Positions 30,731 to 51,387 of a stretch of 64,000 bases of DNA are shown one piece after another (the first letter of the stretch is position 1; the number at the start of each line of letters is the position of its first letter). A program made the translations under genes and the position numbers. The notes below the pieces were generated by a model. The model was not told where the DNA came from, searched no databases, and saw nothing but the letters and a program-made list of their open reading frames with translations. This stretch comes from the human T2T-CHM13v2.0 reference genome, Homo sapiens. Location of the stretch: the NCBI RefSeq assembly GCF_009914755.1, contig NC_060936.1; one strand, given 5' to 3'.

Positions 30731-32570
30731 ATTACTTTTCCTTTCTTTTTTCTTTTCCCTGGAGTTCATAATTACCTTTGTTTCATTTGCTTAGCTTTCT
30801 ATTTACATAAATAGGTAAAAATTCCTTCTCAAAAATCTTTTACAGAAGTGTTCTCAAACTCAATGCATTGAAACATGCTATAGTTTATAAATCTTGGATC
30901 CATCACTTAAAGAGGCATTTGACCTGTTTCAGTATGGATAGGTTGTTCTCTAAGTCTACTGCATAGCTGAGAGCCTAAGATCTCTGGGGACTCACTCCAC
31001 TTTTCTCTTGAGTTGGTTCCACTATTTCCTGGAACCTCATACAGCCATCTCAGCTAGTGATGACTGACCTAGATTTAACACAGTATATCCTTAATCAGCT
31101 TCCTGATTGAGAGTGTATTTTGAGACATTCCATGTCTAGAAAGTGTCTTTATCTCACATGTAATTGTGATAGTCTGGCTGAGTATAAAATCTTACTTAGG
31201 ATGTTAACTTAAAATCAATGTGGTCAAGGAAAGGAGGAAAAATATGTCCTCCTAGTAATTCCCAGTGTAAGTGGAAATGACCCAGCCCTAGATTTACTTG
31301 GCTTTAGTTTCCATCACCATAGATTTCTCAATCAAAAGGCAAATATATCTCATATGTCGGAAGATTAATGTATGAATAATCAGTACCACTGGCATATGGC
31401 TACTCTCCTATTTTCCTTACCCCTTTGTCTTCACAAGGAAGCCCAGACTCTGTTTGCCAGTGGCTGGGTCCTGGGGCCGATAACTTCAAGCTAAACATTC
31501 AATATCAGTATGGTAGGTGAGGAAGATTTTCTCAGAGTGGCTCATTATCTGGAAAGTGTAAGAATGAGGTGGCAGAAAGAGGTAGAAACAGCATGAAAAG
31601 GCAGAGCCAAGGAGAGATCGACAAACAAGAAGGATTGTGCCCATATTTCTCTATTCTCTCTAGCATTATGAATCATTTCCCCTCAGGATTTTGGAGATGT
31701 TGCATCAGTGTTGCTACCGAACATTCCAAAGCCATTCTAATTCTGTTACTTTGTATGTTCTTTTTTTTCCCTATACATAATTTACTATTGCATGTTTTTC
31801 TCAGGGTTTCTGAAATTTCAGAATATCCTGATGTGGATCTATTTTGATTCATTGTACTGAAGACCATTTCAGCCCATCTTACACTTTGATTCTGGAAAGT
31901 CTTCTTTTCCCTGGAGCTTATAATTACTTTTATTTCATTTGCTTAGCTTTCTATGTACATAAGTAGATAAAAATTAATTCATTCTCAAAATCTTCCACAG
32001 AAATGCTTTCAAACTCAATGCATTAAAAACATGCTATAGTTTATAAACCTTCTTGGATCTATCAAGGAAGATTTATTTGATTATTTTATCTCCTCCATTC
32101 CATCTGTTTTCTTATAATTCCTAATATTTGGAGGTTGGACCTCATGAACTGATCCTATAATTTTACTAATTTTCCTCCAGTTTTTCATCTATTTGACTTT
32201 TTGCTCTATTTTCAGGGAAATATCCTCAACTTTATCTGCTAACTCTTCTGTTAAGTACTTTATTTCTGCTCTCATGCTTTTAATTTCCAAAAGCTCTTTT
32301 TGTGAGCTGGCTGTTCATTTTTTTATAGAATCCTGTCCTTATTTGACAGGTCCTATATATTTTTTTATTTTGAGATTATTAGTGATAGTTCTTCTAAGTT
32401 TTCTTCTCTCTGCACACTGTATTTCCTCTAAGTTGCTTTTTTAAATTTTTGACCTGTGTTTGCTTTGCTTTCGTTTATGTTACAGGCTTTCCTAAAATTC
32501 CTGGTGATCCTTGGCTATCTGCTCGAATTTAAAAACAAGCACTAAAGAAGGGCACTAAAAAACAGATTGT
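30730..32570 (-). mobile_element. Very old L1M/HAL1-like internal fragments
   Basis: T-rich degraded sequence (GTCTTTATCTCAC..GATAGTCTGGCTGAGTATAAAAT; TCCAAAAGCTCTTTTT). Confidence 0.5.
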
Positions 32571-33045
32571 CATAGCAGTATTATCCATAATAGCCAAATG
32601 ATAGAAGCAATGCAAATGTCCATCAACAGAGGGACAAATGAATAAGCAAATGTGGTATATTGATACAATGGAATACTATTCTGTAATGAAGATGGGAAAG
32701 AACGGAGTACTGATACACGCTACAACATGGGTAAACTGAAAACATTATTACGTGAAATAAGCCAGTCATAAACCACATATTGTGTATATTTTATCCATAA
32801 GAAATGTTCAGAATAGGCAAATCTATAAAAATACAAAGTAGATTTGTAGTTGCTGAGGGCTGGGAAAAGGGTTTGGGGAGAGAAATGACTGCTAATGGGA
32901 GTATGGGATGTTCTTTTGGGGCTGATAAAATGTTCCAAAATTCATTGTGTGATAACTACACATCTGTAAATATACTAAAAACCACTGAATTGTATCCAAT
33001 AAAGTACTAAATTGTATGATATATGAATTATACCTCAATAATGCT
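32570..33045 (+). mobile_element. L1MB 3' end
   Basis: CATAATAGCCAAA..AATGTCCATCAAC..GTAAATATACTAAAAACCACTGAATTGTA..GAATTATACCTCAATAA. Confidence 0.85.
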
Positions 33046-33049
33046 CATT

Positions 33050-33306
33050 ACCCTCCCCCTACCCCATTAGGTACCGGGCTGCACAGCAGGGGGTAAGTGA
33101 CCATTACCGCCTGAGTTCTGCCTCCTGTCAGATCAGCCAAGGCTGATTCTCATGGGAGGGTGAACCCTACTGTGAACTGCACAATTGAGGGATCTAGGTT
33201 GTGCGCTCCTTATGACAATCTAATCCCCCTAAATCCCACTATCATCTGTGGAAAAATTGTCTTCCACAAAACCGGTCTCTGGTGCCAAAAAGGTTGGGAA
33301 CTACTG
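33050..33306. mobile_element. MER1B (hAT-Charlie)
   Basis: CCGCCTGAGTTCTGCCTCCTGTCAGATCAG..GGATCTAGGTTGTGCGCTCCTTATGACAATCTAAT..GGTGCCAAAAAGGTTGGG. Confidence 0.85.
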
Positions 33307-33860
33307 CTCTAGAAAGTAAATCTCCAAGTCTCCTGGTAGAGCAATAAGGAGTATATTTGCCTGGCCACATGGAGTTGGAAAATATATTGAGACTTAACTG
33401 CTTCTTATAGCTACAAATATCCCTGTTTCAGCCTCACCTCACAGAAATATCAAGTGGGATCAATTTCTGAAACTTTGAGAAGTTTCCTTAATGCAAGTCA
33501 GGTTTCCAGTTTGGGATTCAACTTTCTTCAGATGCTAAATTAATTATTCTTTGCAATCTCTTTTGTAGCTTCCAAAGCTTTGTAACTGTTGTACCTCTCT
33601 TATTTTCTTTAACCTGTGTGCTTATATCTTCTTTTAAATGCCCCTAATTGTCCTTAAGAGAGGTGTTTGGAGGCTGTAAAGATAAATGTCTGTCTTGAAA
33701 TCACCACCTTTAAACACAAGCTCCTCCTTTAGCTTCTTAACAAATCCTTTCTGCTTAAAATCAATTGGAGTGGGTTTCTGATGCTTGCAACTGAAAGTGC
33801 TGACTGATACAAGTTGTTAGGAACAATTTTCTTCCTAGTAAAGGTAAAATAGTTATTCTT

Positions 33861-34292
<432 letters not shown>

Positions 34293-34352
34293 CTATCTAC
34301 ACCAGGGGGTGTGTGAGCATCCCATTTGCTGCCTCAAGAGAAGATGGCTTGG

Positions 34353-38757
<4,405 letters not shown>

Positions 38758-38958
38758 AAGAGATGATGGCTTGGAAAGGACTCAGCCAGAACTTATCCTC
38801 GTTTTACCTGGTTTAATCACTTTAGCATTTAGAAGCAGAACCATGGCAGAAAGTGTTTTGTTTCATCTTAGAGGTATTCTAGTTTCTCTCTTTTTTTTTT
38901 AACAAAAAAAATATATTTTTAAAGGAAAAAATAAAGGTGATCAAAAATGAGTAAAATT

Positions 38959-39602
<644 letters not shown>

Positions 39603-39842
39603 TCACTGAATAAAGAAAATACTCAACCAAAACAAAACAAATAAATAAAATGGTCATCCATAACAGCTCATAAATCTCCACTTGGAAAAAGAAAAGTTAC
39701 AATATATCTTGTTTAGAATGGGAGTGTATTGATGAAGAAAAAATAGTAAGCCTCATTGCCAGAGAACCAAATGCCTCCAATGATGTAAATAGGGAAGAAG
39801 GGGTTCCAATATATCTGCTTATGTACCCCTCAAAATAACTTA

Positions 39843-40200
<358 letters not shown>

Positions 40201-40387
40201 TAAGAAGAATTCATATTAGGTCATATGCAGATCATGGTTTTAAAAGTCTACTAGAATTGAGAAATATTCTTAGAATGAAGATAACTGAGTCTTGGCAATG
40301 CAAGATGAGCAGAAAAAATTCTGTAAAATAATTACCAGGAAGTTCTAGACCTGGAAATATATTGGTCACAGTGAAGACAGGAGATAG

Positions 40388-40681
<294 letters not shown>

Positions 40682-41324
40682 TAACTGCTAGTCACAGTAA
40701 AATTTCCAAAAGTCCATCTATTCCCTCTTAGGCTCTCATTCCTCCCATATTATGGGCCTTGAGGTTCCTTCTTGCTTCGAAGTGCTTCAGGGGATGCAGT
40801 AGTTGTCTCCTTGGTCCTGTACTGATATGCTGAATATGGCAAAGAAGCACCAACAGTTGAGTAGTTGCTGGCCTTTTTGAGAGCTGTGTCCAAAGCACAG
40901 TACTGGACAACATCCCTGCCTGCAGGGTAAACACAGCAGCAGCTTCCTCCGAAGCAGCGAATCTAAAATTGCCAACGCTAACACAAAGAATCAGAGGAAC
41001 ATGTTGGCACATGACTGAGAGGCTCAAACAATTACACAGAAGGAGTAAATAAGCATTTCAGTAAAACAGATGCTACAGGCAACATATCCCATAATTGTGC
41101 CTAGTAGGTGAAGGAAGTACTTTTCTCCTTAGCATATCTTTGGTGGTAATTATTTGTCAGTTTGCCCAACTGGTGGAACAAATGAGATCATTTTCTCATT
41201 TACAGCTATTCTAGAAAAAGCAATAGAGAGAGTTGACTTAAAATGTAATGTTATTTTAAACTATGCAAGATATATTAACTTGTTAATACATGTAAATTTT
41301 CTACTTGTCCCTTTGTCATTATAT

Positions 41325-41415
41325 CATGGATATAGGAAACAAAAGGAAGAATTATGTATGCATGGATATAGGAAACAAAAGGAAGAAACAAAAGGAAGAA
41401 TTATGAAGAATTATG
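41325..41415 (+). repeat. Nested tandem duplications (36, 13 and 10 bp)
   Basis: CATGGATATAGGAAACAAAAGGAAGAA twice, then GAAACAAAAGGAA and GAAGAATTAT repeated. Confidence 0.9.
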
Positions 41416-43154
41416 AGTCAGGATAAGCACTCCCATGAACTAGAAAGTCCCTGAGTTAAAGAGTTAAGGAATTTGGTATCCTTCTTTCTGAGTTAAGGAA
41501 TCTGGTATCCAGAGAATAAATGATAAAAATATCAATGTTACATTTCTGCATGCAGCTGGAAGCAAGACAGGCTTCATAACGGTTCTAGACTTCCACTGTT
41601 TACGGTTTACATGGGCATCCTTTTCCTTTCCTCTTCTTTTTTTAAATGTACATGCTATGGATCTATATTGTGACTTAGCTCTTAGCACCTCACAAAAGTC
41701 TGCTTGTTTTAGCCCCATGAGCATCTACAGCTTTCTCAGCTCTTTGCTGGGAAGAGGCTTTTAGGGTGGATGTTTATACTACACTTAAGAAAGAATTCCT
41801 TCTGCTCTGATGAGCAGGAAAGACAGTTAAAGACAAAAATAAGTCAATAATCTTTAAAAAGGGGAACACATCATCTCACTTCTTCACGCAAACCCCCCAT
41901 GACACTGAACCCTTAAATGCAGATAAGCCTAAAACTATATATAACCCTGGACTTAGCAGTTTTATATGCTAATGCATTTCCGTTTTCTTTAACTCAAGGT
42001 AGTTTGAGTTGTCACTAGCAACAGTTTAGATTAATACAGACACCAAATTATTAACAGTAATTATCTTCTAGTAGTGAAATTACAGGTGACTATTTTTCCT
42101 TTCCGTTTTGTTTGCTTTTTAGTATTGATAATAAATTTACTAATTTTTCAATAAAAGAAAAACTAAGGCATTATTTTAATGTATGGAGGAGAGAGATGGA
42201 ACTTCACTGGGGATGGAGAGCTGATGGACACCCAATCAACCTAAGAAAAGGATGCTTCTTGGCTATCTCCACTCCCTACTCCACTTCCAGGGTTCTCTCG
42301 AACTCCATTCCCCACCCCCAATCCCAACACTCAGGTTTCTTGCATAATCCAATTTTTTAAATCCAGAGATAGGGGAACAGCATTAATAATTTCTGAAAGT
42401 CTCTGCCAAGTCTGTGATTTTCAGAATGACCCCTATTCCTGCTTGGGTCATAATTTAACTCTAATTAAATCTAAGGTTGGTGCTGTATTTTTCTGTGCAA
42501 GAGAAAAGCACAGAATATGAGAAATTCTTTTTTCTTTCCAGTAAACACTTTCATACTTAAAGAAAAAGAGAACACTATTGATGGGACTTTGGACACGGAC
42601 AGCTAGAAATTCCATTGAAGTTAGTTTGAACTTGTTGAGCATGTTTCATTTGCAAAGAACAAAAAAAAAATGGGCATAATTTGCTGCTGGAAAGAGTTGG
42701 TCACCTACCTCCTCATTCAAGCTCCTCATTCAAGGAAGTGACACTATTACCATGAGGAGTCATGGAATGTATCTGGGGACTGACTCATCTGGGGCTCCCT
42801 AAGACAGGCTCTGGGTCTCTCTGGAAATTTGGATAACAATTTGGGACCTGTGGCCATCTCAAGGTTCTTGTCTGTGACCAGTAAGTCTGGGCAGAGGACA
42901 AAGAGTATCAGCATTCATTTTGGCAAGCAAAATAAACTGACTCTGGATAATTTATGCAAAAGCTGAATTTATTTAAAGCTATTTTAGTAGTTCAGAGAAC
43001 CTGCAGGAAGACCAGAAAATTAGGCTTGAGGGTCTCCTAGCTAGGAACTCACTCAGGGTTATGCCACAGAAATGATTAGAAGACATCACTGCCTCTGTCA
43101 CTGTCCCTGGACTCAGACCCAGCAGCCAGTATCTACCACCCCCAACACTACCTC

Positions 43155-43370
43155 TAGGCAGGCAGACAGGCAGGCAGGGAGGAAGGGAGGGAGGAAGGGA
43201 GGGAGGGAGGGAGGGAGGGAGGGAGGAAGGAAAAGAGGAGGGAGGAGGGAGGAAGGAAAAAATGGGACGAAGGGAGGAGGGAAAGAATGAAGGGAGAAAG
43301 GAAAAAAGGAGGACTGAAGGAAGAAGGGAGGAGGGAGAGAGGAAAGGAGGGAGGGAGGAAAGAAAAAGAT
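43155..43370 (+). repeat. Polypurine (GGGA/GGAA)n low-complexity tract
   Basis: About 200 bp almost entirely A/G. Confidence 0.92.
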
Positions 43371-44162
43371 TGCCTAACTATAACAGCAAGCCAGTTGGTG
43401 GTAGTACCTTCATGCCCTTTCTTCCCTGCAGGGGACATTGCTGGACACCTTTCTGATGGATTATTTCTTATAGGTTGGTTGGGAGCCCTGAACACACTGA
43501 GTCTGCCCCAAGCAAGATGAGCAGTTCTCACCTTATGGCCACCTCTTCACTTCCTGCTGGGGCCTTCCAGCATGGCTCATAGAGTGATCACTGGCTTCAC
43601 TTCCTTTGGCTGAAGCTCATCTGCCATATCTTCTTTGAAAGCAAAGAGGCTATTTTAATAAAGCCCAAGGAGGTTAGCAAGAAATTATTTCTGCTCTGGA
43701 ATATGGGCTCTGTTGTCACATCATCTAAGAAAACCTACAAATCTAGACTTTTGTGTAAATTTGAAAATTATTCCAGTCTTGCATCTTAATCTTCAGTTTG
43801 TAATCCTTAAGGGAACTCAAATCTTAGTCCAAGAAGAGGCCTTTAAAAAAAAGGGCATTTCTGCCCCCCACCCCCACCCCATCTGCTCTTCTTGCCTCGT
43901 TTAATAACACCTTACTTCTCACAAACCCCTTCTGATGTTGTCCATCTCACTAGGCCAAGGAAACCCAGCTATGCTCCCAGGAACATCAAGAGATTGCTTC
44001 CTTACCACCCCCTGACCCCTTACCTACTCCTGTGCCCCAACACTGCAGAGAATGGTGAAGTATTTCTGTCTGATTTCATGAAGCTTGTCACCATTTCTTT
44101 CAGATCCCAGCCAGGGAGTTGCTGGAAACAATCAACAATGAAAATAATATGGTGTTGCAGTC

Positions 44163-44568
44163 TGCTATGGGCTGAAGTGTGTCCCCTTAAAATATATGTT
44201 GAAACCCTAACTCCCAGCACTCAGGATGTGACTGTATTTGGAGACAGGGCCTTTGAAGAGGCGATTAGGTTAAAATGATGCTGTTAAGGTGGGCCCTAAT
44301 CCAATCTGACTGGTGTTCTTTTAAGAAGAGGAAATTTGGACAAACATAAGAGACACCAGGGATATGTGCACACAGAGGAAAGGGCACATGAGGACTCAGG
44401 GTAAAGGTCACCATCTACAAGCCCAGGAGAGAGGCCTCAGGAGAAACCAGATCTGCTGACACTCCCATCTGGAACTCCAAGGCTCCAGAACTGAGATAAG
44501 ATACATTTCGGCTGTCTAAGTCACCTGGCCTGTGGTAATTTGTTATAGCTCCAGCAGGCCAATCCACA
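44163..44568 (+). mobile_element. MLT1B solo LTR (MaLR)
   Basis: TGCTATGGGCTGAA..GTGACTGTATTTGGAGACAGGG..GGTGGGCCCTAATCCAATCTGACTGGTG..GAGAGGCCTCAGGAGAAACC..ACA. Confidence 0.88.
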
Positions 44569-45048
44569 GGCACCGGAGGGAGGCAATAGGCAGTAAAAAG
44601 GGGGAGGATCTCAGACAAAAGCCCAGCCTCCTCCTTATGCAGGATTGGAACCCTCAGGTCACAGAGCCTGAGTTCGGATACAGGGGTTGTTCGACCCAGC
44701 AAGGTCTACTGAGCCTCCCGCAGGATTTCATGTAAAGTAGTGTATCTATAATAATGAGGGGTTACAGATTATAGGAAAGGCTCTTAGAGGTTCCTTCTAA
44801 ATCCCCAAGGGATTTTCCTTCATTACAGAATGTGAGAATTACTGTCACAAATATCCTGTAAAAATTCTATAGCAGCAAACTCGCAGTATAAAAATATACC
44901 AAAAGGTCTTTTCCAGAGTTCATGTTAATACAACAAAAATAATCTCAGAAAAATTTAGAGGTCCATGAATTCAGATTTGATCCAATATATTTTCTCTAAA
45001 ATCTCTAACAATCCCCAGATTTAGCCAACCCGATAATATTACCACTTA

Positions 45049-45499
<451 letters not shown>

Positions 45500-46165
45500 A
45501 CCACTTATTCTTTTCTAGAATCTCAAAATAAGCAGCTAAATTAATTCCTTGGGAGAAGTCAAGAAAAAGGTCACTCAAGTCTGCGTAACAAGTGAACAAG
45601 ATCTATTTCCCATTGATGATCCCACAGAGTGGACTCTAAGCAAAAAGGAATAAAACCCCCATCAGCCCAGGGAGGGAAAAAGAGCCAGGCTTCTGGTGCT
45701 TCTCAAAAGGATCTGCCTTAAAGTACAATTCTGATAAACACCTCAGTGAGGAACAGGTGATTGCAATGCATTGGTAGAAGTCTCATTTATCATTTAGTCC
45801 AATATAATTATTCTGACCTATTCTATTTCATACCAAAATAACTTTGGAGGAATCCAATGGAGTTTGGCAGAAACACTTTTGGGGGGATAAAAAGAAACGT
45901 AGCTTTTGCAGTGTCATTCTTTAATATGAGCCACAAAAGACTGTGTAGGGGTGGGGGTGTCTACTCAAATCACAGAGGTGAAAAGACTTAAGACATGAGA
46001 TCCAAGAATAAGAAAAGATTTATAGATCCTAAAATGTATAGAGTATGAAAATGGACACCCTTTAAAAGTATTGTATGACATGGTCAAGTTTTAAGGAAAG
46101 AAAGAAAGAAAGGGCTTAACGAATCCACCTCTTCTAAAGAAATTGGTCCCCCAAATTTCCATTTC

Positions 46166-46205
46166 ATTGCCATGACAACTAGTACTCCATCATTGCCATG
46201 GTAAC
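46166..46205. promoter_or_regulatory. Tandem RFX X-box motifs
   Basis: ATTGCCATGACAAC (46166-46179) and ATTGCCATGGTAAC (46192-46205) versus the GTTGCCATGGCAAC consensus. Confidence 0.55.
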
Positions 46206-46226
46206 CAGCTGAATAGCATTAGTCTA

Positions 46227-47051
<825 letters not shown>

Positions 47052-47097
47052 TTAAAAATGGCTTTTAAAAAACGCTATCCTTTTAAAAAGCTGTTGA

Positions 47098-47264
47098 GAT
47101 GATGATGATGATTGAGGATGATGGTGGTGATTATTATTATTATTTTATAGATGGGACCTCCCTATGCTGTCCAGGCTGTTCTTGAACTCCTGAGCTCAAG
47201 CAATCCTCCCACCTCAGCCTCCTGAGTAGCTGGGGCTACAAGCATGTACCACTGTACCTGCTCG
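47098..47264 (-). mobile_element. FLAM monomer with (ATT)/(GAT) tail
   Basis: Antisense monomer; GCTGTT(G/A)AG on both flanks. Confidence 0.8.
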
Positions 47265-47689
47265 CTGTTAAGCTTTTTAATAAAAACATATTTTTCAGCT
47301 GATAATCTTGCTGGGTACTTGCTCAAAGCCAACTGCATATATATTCATGAATCACTCGTAGCATACTGTTGGAAGCAGAGATACCTTGGGAAACCTATTC
47401 CACCCCTAGCCCACCCCCTCTTAGTTGGACCACACTTTTGTTAGGTGTGTACTGTTGAGAAACTTCCTTGAAAAATAGCAGCTCTGGACTTTCATAAAAT
47501 ACGTGTTGAGAACCTACCAGTAGGCAGTGCCAGAGTTGCTAAAGCAATGGACTTGAAAGTGCTGTCTAGTTAGAAGGCGGGGAGTTAGAGAAAGGAGGGA
47601 AGGCACCTGCCTTGAAACTGGGTTTGCAGAGCACATACAACTGAATATCACAGATCAATGAAAACAAAGATTTCTCAAGACACCTTTAT

Positions 47690-48330
47690 CAATTCAACAA
47701 ATATTTCAGAGCACCTGCTAGGTAGCACTCATCTAAATGCTCAAGATACATAGTGACAGACAAGCCCTGCCCTTGTGGAGTTAACGTTCACATTTTACAA
47801 GAGAGTGGGAAAATGGCAATAGTTCATATCCAAGAATAGAACTATTTTGTGTGGAATGATAGAAATTATGGGGTACTCCAACCCTGAGCATTCCTTGGCA
47901 CGGCCACTGGTGTTTGTTATGCCCCAGCCACTGTGCAAAGGCTGGAAATGCAAAGGTCAGCAGAAACGGGCTTAGCCCTTGGCCTCAGGAAGTTTATAGA
48001 ACAGAAAGGAAGGGAGTTACTCAGAAGTAAATGGTCAACCACTTACAATGGTGATCAGGGCTCCGAAGGAAAGGAACCGAAGAGCCCTTCGCTAAAGGAG
48101 ACTGAGCAGGGCTGGGCAGAAACAGGGCTAGGGTGCCCGAGGAAGTGATGACTGAGATGAGGCCTGAGGGATGCAGGGATAAAGGGTGACATAAGATAGA
48201 GGGTGAAGAAAAGCATGCAAGACACAGGGAACAGCATGGGCTGCTCCTGGGACCCAAACAGAGCCAGGGAAGAACGCATGCGAGGAGCCTGGGGAAGGAG
48301 CCGGGCTCCACATGCAAGCAGCGGTATTTA
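47690..48330 (-). mobile_element. L2 fragments
   Basis: ATTCAACAAATATTTCAGAGCACCTGCTAGG..CCCTGCCCTTGTGGAGTT; GAGGAAGTGATGACTGAGATGAGGCCTGA. Confidence 0.65.
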
Positions 48331-50531
48331 TTAAAAATAAATCCTTAGATCTCGAAGCCATGTACTAAGTCAAAATGTGCTCCCTAATCAATTTAATATG
48401 ATTTTAGTTTGAATCTATACATGGAAAACAATGTTTTTGTTTGTGGTTGGAGATGATAATAAAGGGGATATGGTTTGGTTTGAGATTAGAATAAAGAGGA
48501 TTTCAGCGCAACAATTTTTGAGCACCACTTACATACCAACACTAAGTGTAAAAAGACAAAAGACCCAGTACCTGTTCCTTACAGCTTACTCATACACACA
48601 GAACTATATGCAAATCCATCTAGAAAACCCAGAAAGTGACAAGGGAGAGAGAGGTATGTGCATGGGACAACCTTCACCTGAACGTTTGCATCTAGACTAG
48701 CCCAGGAGAAACGGTAGCTACCATTGTTAGCCCACCGCCTTAGGGAAAAAGGCATTCAACGTATCAGCTGAATTACCCCATAGGGTACCACTGTGAAGAT
48801 CAGAGTTTTATTTGAAGATCTACTCTGAACCTCCAGAGAAAATTCCATTTCTCCCTCCTAGGAAAGAATTCAGTAACAGTAGTTTCTTATCTAGCCACAG
48901 TACCAGGATAAATTCACTTTAAATGCATGTATGAGAATAGAAACATGCACAGCTAGCACCAAGAGAACATATGTAACCCATGAGAAATGACTAAAAGTTT
49001 AGAATATGCCTCATAGGGGGAAAAATTCAATAGCTACCAAAATGAGTCTTTCTACACAGCTAGAACAGAGTCCAAGCAAAACCCTCTGACCCAAGATAAG
49101 GAATCCCACAGGCAGAATGACTAATACTAACAGATGTATTTGGTCTCTTCAAAGCCATTTAGAAATGAAAAGCACTACATCCAAATGTTTATCATCACTG
49201 TTAATAATTGCTATTTTTGCCTCTATAGTCACGATCTAAACTTGACAGAGTAACTCAGATCACACAATTCATACAAGTACAGCAAGATAGAGACAGAAGA
49301 CCTGAATGGAAATCTCAGAGCATGCTTCCACTTCACAAAGGCATAGTCTCTGTCAGATAAACAAGATTTAAAGTATGGGAAGCAACAATACCACAGATAA
49401 AATTGCTACCTGGCAAGGGAGAACACCTTACTGTGGATCTGTTTGTAGAGTCTCAGAATTTTCTATCTGGAAGGAAACCTACAGGCCCCTATAGACCAAC
49501 CTTCAGCATAATTGCTAACCTAGTCATTGGATTAAAAAAAGGAAAGGAGGGGAAAAGGGACAGAAAGGGGAAGAAAGGGAGAGACGAAGAGAAGAAAAAA
49601 AAAGGGAAGGGGGAGAAGGAAGAAAAAAATCAAGTGAATGAAACAGTACAGGGATGAAATCATAATCCTGCAGCTCAACGCTTACTTAGTTCTCTGTCTC
49701 CTCCCAGGTTGACTCCAAACGATTGATATTCACTAGTTAGGAGGTCTGATCAGGTATAGATAAGCTGTGCCATACAAAGGCCCCAGTGGGCTTATCCTGT
49801 CTTTAAAAATAACTCCAAAGTACTGCATCAAAGCCTTTGCAGAAAATCCATATGCACTCCCAGGGCTCTGACCCATAAAACATTCTTACCAGGGACCTGG
49901 ATGAGGCCATATACTGTGCGATGACCATGGGCCAATGGAAATCTTTTGAAAACTTGCTGGAAGGTCCACTGTGTAACCTACTTTGTTGTTTTTTAATCTG
50001 GATAAAGGACATTTCAGCCCGTAGCACCCAGGAAGGGTATTATGTGAATAAATGAGGTGTTCTCTTTCATGACTAATTTCTGTGCTTCTAGATAAATTTC
50101 CCTAATGAGGAGTTCTCTATTGAAATTTTCCTTCTTCCCTTCCTTAGTCCCTCTTCTCTCCCACAAATTGTAAGACATGTTTCATACCCTAGAAAAGCTC
50201 ACAGTCTAATGAGTGAGAGAAGACATTTATTCCTTCATGGAGGTCTGAAATATCATAGCATTTCCAGTAGTACAAATAGTTTAGAAGGCTCAAGTCCAAG
50301 TCGAGAATAGACACATCTTACTCCAGCGAACAAGGCAGAAAGTTAAATGCCATGAGAGTGGGATGAACAATTGGGACAGGGTCCTTGAAGGAGAAGAAAT
50401 TACTTCCAATAGGGGATATAGGGGAAAACTTAATACAAAAGGTGGCCTTTCCCTGGGTCTTTTAGGAGGCATAGGGTTTTGGCAGGTAAAGATGGCAAGA
50501 GGTGATGATCTATCCTAGATCAGAGGTTTTC

Positions 50532-50541
50532 TTTTTTTTTC

Positions 50542-50573
<32 letters not shown>

Positions 50574-50861
50574 TGAGATGGAGTCTTGCTCTTGTCACCC
50601 AGGCTGGAGTGCAGTGGTGTGATCTCGGCTCTGCAACCTCTGCCTCCTGGGTTCAAATGATTCTCCTGCTTCAGCCTCCCGAGTAGCTGGGATTACAGGC
50701 ACCTGCCACCACACCCGGCTAATTTTTTGTATTTTTAGTAGTTGCATTTTAGTGGTTTCACCATGTTGGGCAGGCTGGTCTCGAACTCCTGACCTCAGGA
50801 GTTCTGCCCACCTCAGCCTCCCAAAGTGCTGGGATTACAGGTGTGTGCCACTGCGCCTGGC
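50532..50861 (-). mobile_element. AluS inserted in the TIR of MER5A
   Basis: TSD AGAT(CA/TG)GAGGTTTTC at 50517-50531 and 50862-50876. Confidence 0.9.
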
Positions 50862-50865
50862 AGAT

Positions 50866-51030
50866 TGGAGGTTTTCAAACTGCAATCCCTGGTCCTGCAG
50901 CATCAGCAACACTTAGAAATACAAAAGCCAGGGTCTTACCCTTGACCTGCTGAATCAGAAATGAGGCTTAGCATGCTTTGTTTAGCATCCCAGTGATTCT
51001 GATTCATACTTTATTGGAGAATCAATAATC
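50866..51030. mobile_element. MER5A
   Basis: GCAGCATCAGCA..TTAGAAATACAAA..GACCTGCTGAATCAGAAA..GTGATTCTGAT. Confidence 0.75.
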
Positions 51031-51039
51031 TAGATTTAA

Positions 51040-51387
51040 GATCCTTAGCCTGGGGTCTGTGAATGTGGATAGGAAAAAAATACATCTTTATTTTCCCTAA
51101 TGTCTAACTGAAATTTAGCATTTCCTTCCATTACAGATGTAGGCCATAAATTGCCACGATAATTATTAGGACCAATGCCATATCATGTTATTAAATGTAT
51201 TAATAAAGAAGAATGCATACAACATAGCAGATTTTTAAAGATTTTTATAACTGTATTTCAATATAATTGGTTTCTTTGTAATTTCGTGTATCATTTTATA
51301 CATTAAAAACATTGTGAGAAAGTGTATGCTTTGCAGGCTGCCAATGAAATCTCATCTTTTATCATACCAAAAATGTGAAGAACCCCT
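51040..51387. mobile_element. Charlie4a-like DNA transposon (internally deleted)
   Basis: TACATCTTTATTTTC..CTAACTGAAATTTAGCATTTCCTTC..ATAACTGTATTTCAATATAATTGGTTTC..AAGAACCC. Confidence 0.75.

Noticed and set aside
42709-42734. 13-bp tandem duplication CTCCTCATTCAAG
   Set aside because: Ordinary slippage indel.
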